Positions 27,558 through 35,318 of a DNA stretch of 64,000 bases are shown here, piece by piece (the first letter of the stretch is position 1; every line of letters starts with the position of its first letter). The notes under the pieces were generated by a model, which was not told where the DNA came from, ran no database searches, and worked only from the letters and a program-made list of their open reading frames with translations. The stretch comes from a virus (taxonomy: Duplodnaviria > Caudoviricetes): IMG/VR virus record IMGVR_UViG_3300005512_000025, positions 1,863-65,862 of that record. One strand, written 5' to 3'. Made by a program: the position numbers and the translations under genes.

Positions 27558-27668
27558 ATGACCACCAAGCAAGTCAGAGACCTCCAAGCCTTTGCAGCTG
27601 AGCTGACCCGTGAAGGGAACACCGCTGCAGCCCGCGAGGTCCTCGCCCTGATCACCACCAAGGCCTAG
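27558..27668 (+). CDS. Early small protein
   Basis: MTTKQVRDLQAFAAELTREG..., 36 aa, behind a promoter/stem-loop cassette. Confidence 0.6.
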   Translation: MTTKQVRDLQAFAAELTREGNTAAAREVLALITTKA

Positions 27669-27790
27669 TAGTATGATTGAACTACTGCTCGCTGCCATCC
27701 TGCTGCCAGGCCTGACACTAGGTACTATTACCCTACTAGGTAGATAGGCCTACCACTCCACCCCAAACCACCCCATAGGAAAAACTACCC

Positions 27791-27952
27791 ATGACCCGCA
27801 CCGAACTCCTGACCGCTGCAATCCAAGCTGAAGCCATCGCCGAAATGGCTGGCACCCGACGCGACGCACTGACCGCAGCCAGCAGAGCCTGGGCCTGCAA
27901 GATCGCTGAACTGGTGATCACCGAGCGCATCAGCCTCATCCCTGAGGCTTGA
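27791..27952 (+). CDS. Early small protein
   Basis: MTRTELLTAAIQAEAIAEMAG..., 53 aa. Confidence 0.6.
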   Translation: MTRTELLTAAIQAEAIAEMAGTRRDALTAASRAWACKIAELVITERISLIPEA

Positions 27953-28122
27953 GTATTTCTACTCTAGGCACGCCGCGGCCAGGCACGCAGGCTCCCCAGG
28001 TTGAATGTTAAGTTCTGTAACGAGATTGCAGGATGAGTATTTCTACCCTAGGCAAGCCGCGGCCAACCGACTATCTTAGAGACATGGAGGAACACACCTC
28101 CACCAACCACAGGATCCAATCC

Positions 28123-28437
28123 ATGAGCAACGCCACCACGTACACCATCACCGTCGGGCTCGAGTCCCCTACCCTCAGCGTCCAAGCTGCCAAGGATGCT
28201 GCACTGTTCCTCGCGGGTGTCCGCTTCCCTTCAGGCCATACCGTCGTAGAGGGTACAGGGCGCTGGGAGTCTCCTGAGCGCGGACTAGTCGACGAACCCT
28301 GCCTGATCATTACGGTGATCGGTGAGGGTCAGGCTCACCGCGATGCAGTCGGTAAGTTCTGCAGGCAATACAAGGACGCAGCCGCCCAGGATGCAGTCCT
28401 CCTGCAGATCACCAAGCCTGAGACCCTCTGGGTTTGA
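28123..28437 (+). CDS. SAM-lyase / DUF3574-like protein
   Basis: G-x-W...DEP...QDAVLL pattern in about 104 aa; true start M31 after the cassette. Confidence 0.5.
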   Translation: MSNATTYTITVGLESPTLSVQAAKDAALFLAGVRFPSGHTVVEGTGRWESPERGLVDEPCLIITVIGEGQAHRDAVGKFCRQYKDAAAQDAVLLQITKPETLWV

Positions 28438-28465
28438 CTCTCAGGTAACGCTCAGGAAACGGGGG

Positions 28466-28494
28466 TTGTCAAACCGACCCCCACCGACTATCTT
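28466..28494 (+). promoter_or_regulatory. Sigma70-type early promoter
   Basis: TTGTCA-N17-TATCTT followed by a GGAGG/CCTCC hairpin. Confidence 0.7.
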
Positions 28495-28535
28495 AAAGAC
28501 ATGGAGGACAACACCTCCACCACCCCACAAGACAA

Positions 28536-28712
28536 ATGCTCTTCCCCTACACCACCAGCCACCAGATCATCACCAACATGGCCAACAGCGCCCGTGAGGT
28601 GATGGCCCTCACCCCCAGCCAGCGCACAGGCGAGCTCCAAGCCTGCCACGCTTGCAGGATCCATGAGCTGATGCGCTACCGCTCCCACACCGTCGACACC
28701 GACGGATTCTGA
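28536..28712 (+). CDS. Early small protein
   Basis: MLFPYTTSHQIITNMANSARE..., 58 aa. Confidence 0.55.
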   Translation: MLFPYTTSHQIITNMANSAREVMALTPSQRTGELQACHACRIHELMRYRSHTVDTDGF

Positions 28713-28797
28713 TCAGGACAAGGCGTGAAGCTGGGGGATCGAATCCCCCTCCTGACCCTGGCCCACAAGGGCCCACAACACAACCAAAGGTTCTACC

Positions 28798-28932
28798 ATG
28801 TCCCGTCCTTCCTCCCGTCAACTCGCTCAGTTCCAGCAGGCCATGGCCGACGCTCAGCAGGCTGCCTGCCGCGTTCCCAGCCGCAAGGAGCTCGAGTCTC
28901 GCCGTGACGCCTACCTGGCTTCACTCCGCTGA
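28798..28932 (+). CDS. Early small protein
   Basis: MSRPSSRQLAQFQQAMADAQQAA..., 44 aa, after an AACCAAAGG leader. Confidence 0.55.
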   Translation: MSRPSSRQLAQFQQAMADAQQAACRVPSRKELESRRDAYLASLR

Positions 28933-29323
28933 TAGCCGCGGCCAGGGTCACAGGCTCCCCAGGTCAATTGTTAAGATAAGTGACAGGGCTGGCCTACGGG
29001 TTGGCCCTTCGCTATGATTGGGACAAGCAAGGGGAGGAGGCTCCCAGACCGAAAAACCAAACTAGAGCTGGGGTAAGCTCGCAGAAGAAATGGTCGACAC
29101 CGACCCTGCCATAAAATACTTTTAGGCCGAATGTTAAGCTTTGTGACAGCGCCCAGGTAGTGACCTCCCCAGTGCTAGGATGAAGGTAGAACCTGTAATT
29201 TGTGAAGGAATGTAACAAGATTCAGGAATGAGTATTTATACCCTAGGCACCAACACGGCGACCGACTATCTTAGAGACATGGGAGAGGAACACTCACCCA
29301 ACACCACTACAGGCCACCAGCCC

Positions 29324-29488
29324 ATGTCCGACCTTCAATCCTACGAGTCCAGCCACGGCCACCTCCGCGCACTCTGGAACCTCTACACTCACCTCCTGAT
29401 CTGCAACAACCAAACCGAAGCTGCCACCGTCCGTGCAGCCATCGCGATCGCTGAGAAGGAGGAGCTCGACGCAGTCGGTAAGTTCTAA
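29324..29488 (+). CDS. Early small protein
   Basis: MSDLQSYESSHGHLRALWNLY..., 54 aa, behind a cassette. Confidence 0.6.
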   Translation: MSDLQSYESSHGHLRALWNLYTHLLICNNQTEAATVRAAIAIAEKEELDAVGKF

Positions 29489-29562
29489 AGAAATGTTAAC
29501 GGGCCCGCCACAGGGCCCCATCCCTCGCTACCATTAAGACATCAACCAAAGGCAACCAGCCC

Positions 29563-30165
29563 ATGACCCGCACCAACGTTGACAACATCAAAGCCATTCA
29601 TCAACTGGCCAGCCTGACCGAACAGCAGGACGGCATCAACTGGTACCCCGCAGCACGCCAGATCGCACGCAACCTGGCAGACCGTCACGGTATCCACCCT
29701 GCAGAGGCAGCTGGTGTGATCGCAGCACTGTCACCCCGCAATCGCTGGGAACGTAACGTGCAGGACGCTGACGCACTGATCTCCGCCTATGTCGCTGGTG
29801 GACCCGAACAGGCGCAGCTGACCAAAGTCTGCACCTTCGGAGCCAACAAAGCTAAGGCCATCAGGATCCTGGAAGCAGGTGTCCTGACTGACGCAGACGT
29901 TCTGACCATCCTGTCAGGTCCCAAGCTTAAGGAGTTCTACAGCTGCATCCAGGGGATCGCTGATGTCTGCATCGATGGCCACGCGTTCTGCATCTGGGCG
30001 GCCAACCGCACAGGCCTGAAGGATGTTCCCGCGATCGGCGTCAAGCTGCGTCGTGAGATTAAGGCCGACTATTCCACAGCTGCCGACGAGTTGGGCATGA
30101 CCGCTGCAGCACTCCAAGCCATTACCTGGGTGACCTGGCGCCGCATCCACGGGGTGACAAAGTGA
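29563..30165 (+). CDS. HhH-GPD/DNA-glycosylase-like phage protein (DUF7178-like)
   Basis: WYPAA...AGVIAALSP..W..N...GPKLKEFY...VCIDGHA...LQAITWVTWR. Confidence 0.55.
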   Translation: MTRTNVDNIKAIHQLASLTEQQDGINWYPAARQIARNLADRHGIHPAEAAGVIAALSPRNRWERNVQDADALISAYVAGGPEQAQLTKVCTFGANKAKAIRILEAGVLTDADVLTILSGPKLKEFYSCIQGIADVCIDGHAFCIWAANRTGLKDVPAIGVKLRREIKADYSTAADELGMTAAALQAITWVTWRRIHGVTK

Positions 30166-30320
30166 AGCACCTCACGATGGCTGACAGCTGGGAACTGAGT
30201 TGGTCCCGAGCTCAGGTCGCTCACATCCAGCGAGAATTAACAAAGCTTCACAAGCATGAAGCGAAGCTTAACAGGCAACTCTCGCAACACAACGCAACAA
30301 TCAAGCGTTACGAAGCTTAA
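30162..30320 (+). CDS. Small coiled-coil protein
   Basis: 52 aa, GTGA overlap, followed by a terminator. Confidence 0.5.
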   Translation: MKHLTMADSWELSWSRAQVAHIQRELTKLHKHEAKLNRQLSQHNATIKRYEA

Positions 30321-30326
30321 CTGAAA

Positions 30327-30359
30327 GGATCCTGAGTCGCGAGATTCGGGATTTTTTTG
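30327..30359 (+). terminator. Rho-independent terminator closing the early island
   Basis: ATCCTGAGTC/GATTCGGGAT stem followed by T7. Confidence 0.7.
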
Positions 30360-30423
30360 TGTTCTCAGCTGTTGAGAATGCGACGCAATAGCAATAGGTT
30401 TTCCACAGGGTACAAATACCCAT

Positions 30424-30529
30424 AGTACACCTGTACCATAGTGTCACTGTGCCAGTTCGTTACATTCCTTCACAGTAGTACACCTGTACTAGTGAGAACC
30501 ATTCTCAATAACGGTAGTACACCTGTACT
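30424..30529. promoter_or_regulatory. Three LexA-box-like operators plus one Fur-like box
   Basis: AGTACACCTGTAC(C/T) at 30424, 30477 and 30516; TGAGAACCATTCTCAATA at 30493-30510. Confidence 0.6.
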
Positions 30530-30572
30530 ATAGTACTTGTACTACTCGCCTCCCAAGGGAACCTCGTTCACT

Positions 30573-30602
30573 ATCATAGCTGCATGTATCCAGCCATGTC
30601 AA
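30573..30602 (-). promoter_or_regulatory. Leftward sigma70-type promoter with no downstream ORF
   Basis: TTGACA-N18-TATGAT on the minus strand. Confidence 0.55.
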
Positions 30603-30974
30603 CCCCCCGTCACAAAGCTTAACAGTCCCGTATTGTCACCCTTCTTAACGTCACAGTTCGTACGAAAATGTTGCATTTCTTAAGGGCGAAGCCCCTCCCC
30701 CCTTTCTTCACACAACGTAATCATTACGATTTATGCCACCAGCCAAGGAGCCTGTGTACTGGTATATGTATACTACCCGCATCCCAACCACACGATAGGA
30801 CCATTCTAAGGCCTCTGCAAGCCCCTACAAGGCCCCTCTACCATCCATCAGGTACAATCTAGCGTGAAGGGTGTAGAAGGCCATCAGAGAGGCTTGTGTA
30901 GACACTCTTGATTCACTGCTGGATATGGCTGTTAAAAGCTCTCTTCTACTTCTTAGATATATTCTTAGATTCTA

Positions 30975-31065
30975 TATATATAGATGTACCGTCACTTAAC
31001 AACGCATAAAACGACATTTCACGTCGCATGGTGCGACACTGAATGACGCGTACTTTAACATCGCA
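30975..31065. other. Origin-like element, copy A
   Basis: TATATATAGATGTACCGT and ACGCGTACTTTAAC, 71 nt apart start to start, as in 58822-58912. Confidence 0.5.
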
Positions 31066-31274
31066 CGCGCATTCGGTCCCACCTAAATGCTCCTCCTGGG
31101 AAAAGAAAAAACAGCCGCCAACAAAAAAAGGGGAAGAGAAAAAAGAAAAGAAAAAATCTTTTGGAGAAGGCCAAAAAAAATCCCCCTGGATGGGGGAGAA
31201 AAACTATTCAGAGATCTTCCATACAAACCTGGAGATCAGTCCCATGATGGACCAGAAAACAACTGTCTCTACCA

Positions 31275-31808
31275 TCAGCCAGCTCCGTTATCCTTGGGCC
31301 AGTCATGGCCTGCACAGGCCTCAATTAACAGATCCGCTACCTGACCCTCTTCCATGATGGTGGCAAGTACCCGTGCCTCTGCCTCTCCACCCCACTTGTG
31401 TGGTTCATATCCCAGGATGTTCCAGTGCAGGTGTTCCTGTGCATCCGAGATGTACTGGTCCTCATGCTGTGGATGGATCACATCTCTACCCACGCAATAC
31501 TGCACCGCATGGATCAGCTCATGCCGAAACGTGTTTGCCAGCTCAGCCGTATCACCCTCATGGGCCTCTGGGCAGATCAACAGATAACCCTTTTCGTACA
31601 TGGCACCCATCATGCCATCCACTTCCTCGCAAGGTCCTACACCACTATAGGTGTCAATGCCAACGAGGTGTGCAGCGTTAATCAGGCGCTCTATTTCGCT
31701 CTCAACCCATGGTTGTTCTGGTACATGATGTGCGAACGCAGCTGAGGCGAAGCCGAATGCTGCTAAGCCCGTAAGGGCTGTGGTGGCGACGCGGGAAAAG
31801 AAACTCAT
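31275..31808 (-). CDS. Secreted HEXXH metallopeptidase-like protein
   Basis: Signal-like N-terminus MSFFSRVATTALTGLAAFGFASAAFA; FRHELIHAVQYC and later EAEA. Confidence 0.65.
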   Translation of the reverse strand: MSFFSRVATTALTGLAAFGFASAAFAHHVPEQPWVESEIERLINAAHLVGIDTYSGVGPCEEVDGMMGAMYEKGYLLICPEAHEGDTAELANTFRHELIHAVQYCVGRDVIHPQHEDQYISDAQEHLHWNILGYEPHKWGGEAEARVLATIMEEGQVADLLIEACAGHDWPKDNGAG

Positions 31809-31902
31809 TGGACCTCCTTGTGTTGTGTGTTTACAGCATACACGGCCTTGATGGCACATGCAACTGCTGTGAGAGTACTTAACAGAACGATACCGAATGC
31901 CA

Positions 31903-32040
31903 TCAGCTGTCCTCCTTGTTCAGACGCTTGAGTTGTGCTTCCTTGTCGGCTACCAGGTGCATGGAGGACACGAATGCCCTCCTGTTGCCGACGACGACGT
32001 AATAGCCTAGGCCGTCTTGCGTAGGTACTGTTGCTGTCAT
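31903..32040 (-). CDS. Small hypothetical protein
   Basis: MTATVPTQDGLGYYVVVG...SSMHLVADK, ATGA-coupled. Confidence 0.55.
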   Translation of the reverse strand: MTATVPTQDGLGYYVVVGNRRAFVSSMHLVADKEAQLKRLNKEDS

Positions 32041-32252
32041 AACTTCACCAATGTGTTGCGGTAAGCAATGTCGCCATCAGCGTAGCCAGTGACGTGGATG
32101 CCGTTGCCTGCATCTAGATCGCCGAACTCAAGGCTGGTGTCGCCCCAGGACAGTACGGTGAAGCCTGCATACTCACTGTCTGGGTTTTGCCAGAGGATGG
32201 CAGCGGGACCGATGCGGAGCAGGCCGCCAGTGGAATCGATGTCAAAAATCAT
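32037..32252 (-). CDS. Hypothetical protein
   Basis: 71 aa, coupled. Confidence 0.6.
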   Translation of the reverse strand: MIFDIDSTGGLLRIGPAAILWQNPDSEYAGFTVLSWGDTSLEFGDLDAGNGIHVTGYADGDIAYRNTLVKL

Positions 32253-32605
32253 TTCTTGGATCCTCCTTGGGAATCGGTGAACAGTTTGGGTTTGATCCGT
32301 CCCCAGCCACTCCTGATCTCAAGAACGGCTAGGGCAGCATCGTAATAAGCGTCGAAGATGTCCGCCTTGCCATAGGCACGGACTGCATCACATCCTACAG
32401 CTCCCTCAGGAGTCCTGTAGCGGACGAGATGGGTGTCGGTAGGCAGTTCACCGTCGAGGTCGGCTAACTCGTCTTCAGAGGTCTCCTGCATGAGCAGTAC
32501 AAGACCGTACTTCTCGAAGACCTCGCCGAAGTTTACCTCGTCCTGCTCATTGATGGCCTTGGCCAGGCAGTGGTTGTCGTTACCACCAGCAATGACAAAA
32601 CTCAT
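32249..32605 (-). CDS. Conserved cyanophage-type hypothetical protein
   Basis: LPTDTHLVRY...DAVRAYGKADIFDAYYD...GRIKPKLF. Confidence 0.7.
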   Translation of the reverse strand: MSFVIAGGNDNHCLAKAINEQDEVNFGEVFEKYGLVLLMQETSEDELADLDGELPTDTHLVRYRTPEGAVGCDAVRAYGKADIFDAYYDAALAVLEIRSGWGRIKPKLFTDSQGGSKK

Positions 32606-32769
32606 TTGTCGCACCCCTTGATGACGGAGAAGATGCGGCCAGGGTGAGACTTGAGGCTTGGAACTTCAGCGCGAGCTGCTTCGATGGCCTCGGTGACGTG
32701 CTCAGCCTTGACGCAGAGGGAGATCTTGACGCCCTCGCCATTGCGGTACTGGACTGTGTAGCGATTCAT
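32602..32769 (-). CDS. Small hypothetical protein
   Basis: MNRYTVQYRNGEGVKISLCVKAE...VPSLKSHPGRI. Confidence 0.6.
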   Translation of the reverse strand: MNRYTVQYRNGEGVKISLCVKAEHVTEAIEAARAEVPSLKSHPGRIFSVIKGCDK

Positions 32770-32779
32770 GGTGATCCTC

Positions 32780-33202
32780 CTAGATACGGGACTCAAAGTA
32801 CTGGCCTACTAGTACTAGCTGGCCTGTCTCTACATTGTAGCCTACGGTCTGACGAAGGCGGAACATGTCCTCCTCAATCAGTCGCACTTCTTCACGAAAG
32901 CGGACGCCGTCGTACTTAGTGCACAGGACGATGCAATCCTGATCAACTACCTCGATAGCAGAGGTGCTGCCAGCATCTTCACCAAAATAGTTCCTGGAAC
33001 GATGCAAGAAACTGCCATCCAAGGTGAGCTCCATAGTGCCAGAGGTGTTGCCCTCCCAGACCACTTGGAACACGTCGCCAGTCAGCTCGGTGACACTGAA
33101 TTTGGTGGTCATGTTGACGCACTTGAGCCTAGGGCCGTGCAGGTAGCGTCGTTCACTGGACCAGCTGCCGCAAGTGCGGCGAAGGAAGTTACGGGCTGTC
33201 AT
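32780..33202 (-). CDS. CpcS/CpeS-like phycobiliprotein lyase
   Basis: F.RRTCGSWSSERRYL N-terminus, L.RSRNYF, FREEVRL...RLRQT, C-terminal GQYFESRI; beta-barrel pattern. Confidence 0.6.
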   Translation of the reverse strand: MTARNFLRRTCGSWSSERRYLHGPRLKCVNMTTKFSVTELTGDVFQVVWEGNTSGTMELTLDGSFLHRSRNYFGEDAGSTSAIEVVDQDCIVLCTKYDGVRFREEVRLIEEDMFRLRQTVGYNVETGQLVLVGQYFESRI

Positions 33203-33519
33203 TCGTCTTCTCCCAAAGCGTTCTTAAGGGCGGTGATGGCATCCATCTTTTTGTCCGTATAGGTGTATGCCTTCTGGAAGGCAAGCTGGAACAGTGCGGC
33301 AGTGCTCAAGCAGGACAAGCCCAGCATGACTGGATCGTCTATGTAGATGGCAACATTGGGCTGCCACTTGGCCACGACTTTGCAGAACTCGCGAACCATG
33401 GTCACAGTTTCCTCTTCATCCATGTCGTCGAGCATGAGCTGAGCGGTCTGGATGCCGTAGTCAACCATGTCGGCTGCGACTTCTTCTGGTGTTGGATTAG
33501 ACATTGGACTTTCCTCCAT
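33199..33519 (-). CDS. Hypothetical protein
   Basis: 106 aa, coupled. Confidence 0.6.
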   Translation of the reverse strand: MEESPMSNPTPEEVAADMVDYGIQTAQLMLDDMDEEETVTMVREFCKVVAKWQPNVAIYIDDPVMLGLSCLSTAALFQLAFQKAYTYTDKKMDAITALKNALGEDE

Positions 33520-33718
33520 AAAGACGGTAACAGCGTGCGGAGATCTTGTCGGCCTCCGATTGAGTCAACAGGCCGCGTTCAGCGGAGATGTTGACCTCCC
33601 TGGTGAGCTCAGAGCACAGTTGGTTGCCAGAGCGTTGCCCCTTTGGTATCGGTGCTGCCAGGATAGCTCCCAGGCCGAAGCTGCCCAGGAACACGACAGT
33701 GATCAATCGTAGGGTCAT
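33497..33718 (-). CDS. Small exported protein
   Basis: Signal-like MTLRLITVVFLGSFGLGAILAAP; two Cys. Confidence 0.55.
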   Translation of the reverse strand: MTLRLITVVFLGSFGLGAILAAPIPKGQRSGNQLCSELTREVNISAERGLLTQSEADKISARCYRLYGGKSNV

Positions 33719-33807
33719 TTGCTCAGGTCCTCCAGTCCATAGACAATACCAGTGAACAGGAGAGCAATAGCTGCTGAGCACCCAAAGAGTGCAATGTGGT
33801 GAATCAT
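33715..33807 (-). CDS. Small membrane peptide
   Basis: 30-aa hydrophobic ORF, ATGA overlaps. Confidence 0.45.
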   Translation of the reverse strand: MIHHIALFGCSAAIALLFTGIVYGLEDLSK

Positions 33808-34031
33808 AGGAAATACCTGTGGATGATGGATACAGTTGATGCGCAGACAAAAAAGAGCGAAAGGCCCATCATATCTGGCGCTTTGACCTCCCTGTAGAAG
33901 GAGATGCGCAGCAGTTCTGCTACGAGTTTGGTCCACACGCCGATCATGACCTCTTCGGAAATGATCATTGCCAGATAGCCAGCAATGCCAATGTAAACAC
34001 TGAGGCCTTTCTGGAAACGTGCGCGGCTCAT
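33804..34031 (-). CDS. Two-TM membrane protein
   Basis: 75 aa, ATGA overlaps. Confidence 0.55.
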   Translation of the reverse strand: MSRARFQKGLSVYIGIAGYLAMIISEEVMIGVWTKLVAELLRISFYREVKAPDMMGLSLFFVCASTVSIIHRYFL

Positions 34032-34168
34032 GGAGCTTTGTACTTAGGGACAGGGTAAGGGCGGATGGCAATGACCCGATCATCATTGTCAAACAGCTCT
34101 TCGGCCTCCAGGTGGGTTAGGCCGTTCTTGACGTGACCATCGGCGTATTCGGCTTGATAGGTGGTCAT
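34028..34168 (-). CDS. Small hypothetical protein
   Basis: MTTYQAEYADGHVKNGL..., 46 aa, fills the gap with ATGA overlaps. Confidence 0.55.
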   Translation of the reverse strand: MTTYQAEYADGHVKNGLTHLEAEELFDNDDRVIAIRPYPVPKYKAP

Positions 34169-34647
34169 GGTAGCTCTCCGTGGTTGATAAAGGTCGTGAC
34201 CCCCCAGGGGCTGATCCCATGGTAGTGCGGAGGGTGATCATCCGCAAGTGGGCAATGGTAGCGATTGAACTCCTTGGTCTCATCATACTCATCATCTCTG
34301 ATGGCATGGTTGAGCAGCAGGCTGCCAGATTTGCCGCTGTAGGAGCGATGAAAGGTTCCAGGTGGGATCCACAGGGCACCAGCGGTATCGTCCAGGTAGA
34401 CGAACCAGTGCTTGTCGACCCAAGTGGGATTGAACAGCTCAAACAAGCGCCCTCCGTAGATGACACGGTTGTTGTCAGTCTGATGCTTGTGCACGTACCA
34501 ACAGCGTCGACCATCGCTGTCTGGAGGGCTTACAGCGGGCCCTGAGTGCTCTACGAGGTCGATCCCGTTGGACCCAGGTACGCTGATGTCTGCGAAGTGA
34601 ACGCCAGGGGTGCGGCGAAAGGTGCGCTCGTCAGTGAATCTGATCAT
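34165..34647 (-). CDS. RmlC-like cupin protein
   Basis: WYVHKHQTDNNRV...ALWIPPGTFHRS cupin motifs. Confidence 0.7.
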   Translation of the reverse strand: MIRFTDERTFRRTPGVHFADISVPGSNGIDLVEHSGPAVSPPDSDGRRCWYVHKHQTDNNRVIYGGRLFELFNPTWVDKHWFVYLDDTAGALWIPPGTFHRSYSGKSGSLLLNHAIRDDEYDETKEFNRYHCPLADDHPPHYHGISPWGVTTFINHGELP

Positions 34648-34844
34648 GAGAAGAAATCCTGTAGGTGAGTGTACTCGTCAACCCTGCCGACAAAGTACTG
34701 GGAGTTCTCCAGTGCTGCTCGCTGCAGGTCGTGAAGGAGCTTGGTGGTGGTACCACCCTCGTCGTCCAGGTATTCAGAGACGACTTCCTTGAGGCGCTCG
34801 TAGCGCTGCTGGTCAAGACTTCCTTGAGTCAGTGGGTCAAACAT
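34644..34844 (-). CDS. Hypothetical protein
   Basis: RYERLKEVVSEYLDDE, 66 aa. Confidence 0.6.
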   Translation of the reverse strand: MFDPLTQGSLDQQRYERLKEVVSEYLDDEGGTTTKLLHDLQRAALENSQYFVGRVDEYTHLQDFFS

Positions 34845-34847
34845 TGG

Positions 34848-35123
34848 TCAAGCCTCCTGGGTGAATGTGGTGACAGTGCCGTTGGCCTTGATACTGGTGA
34901 CGCGCTCGGCACGAAAAGAGCGCCACTGGTTCAGCTTAACGTCGACAATGCGGAAGACGGCAGGGTCTTTGCATTTCGTACCAGTACCAAGGATCTCGCC
35001 AATCTGCTTAGGATTGGTCGTGAGCTGACGGGCCTCGCCATTGGCCTTGGTGAACTCGATGCTGACGAAGGTGCTCTTGGCAGCTTCGAGGATGGTGCGG
35101 ACGTTTTCGGGAGTGTTGATCAT
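34848..35123 (-). CDS. WYL-like / DUF2693 SH3-barrel protein
   Basis: FVSIEFTKANGEARQL...DVKLNQWRSFRAERV. Confidence 0.7.
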   Translation of the reverse strand: MINTPENVRTILEAAKSTFVSIEFTKANGEARQLTTNPKQIGEILGTGTKCKDPAVFRIVDVKLNQWRSFRAERVTSIKANGTVTTFTQEA

Positions 35124-35162
35124 GGTTGCCTCCTTTGGTTAATGGGTTAATCGTAGCACAGA

Positions 35163-35318
35163 TCAGACGACTGACCAGAGTGCGGGCAAGCCTCGGTCGG
35201 TGAGACGGTCATTCGCGGAATCGGCGAAGTCGCTGGCTTCCTGCTCGCTGTAGAAGGGGCCTTCATAGGAGCAGGCTTCAGCGGATTCGGGGGTCAGGAG
35301 CATTGCGTAGTAGGTCAT
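35163..35318 (-). CDS. Small early protein
   Basis: GPFYSEQEASDFA; own promoter and AACCAAAGGAGG leader. Confidence 0.6.
   Translation of the reverse strand: MTYYAMLLTPESAEACSYEGPFYSEQEASDFADSANDRLTDRGLPALWSVV

Noticed and set aside
27461-29241. NtcA boxes in the early island
   Set aside because: The palindromes are GTA-N4-TAC or GTAC-N4-GTAC, not GTA-N8-TAC.
31043-31357. Lys-rich ORFs 31043-31357 and 31087-31344
   Set aside because: They are translations of A-tracts and a minus-strand terminator next to the origin-like element, and overlap the end of a real minus-strand gene.
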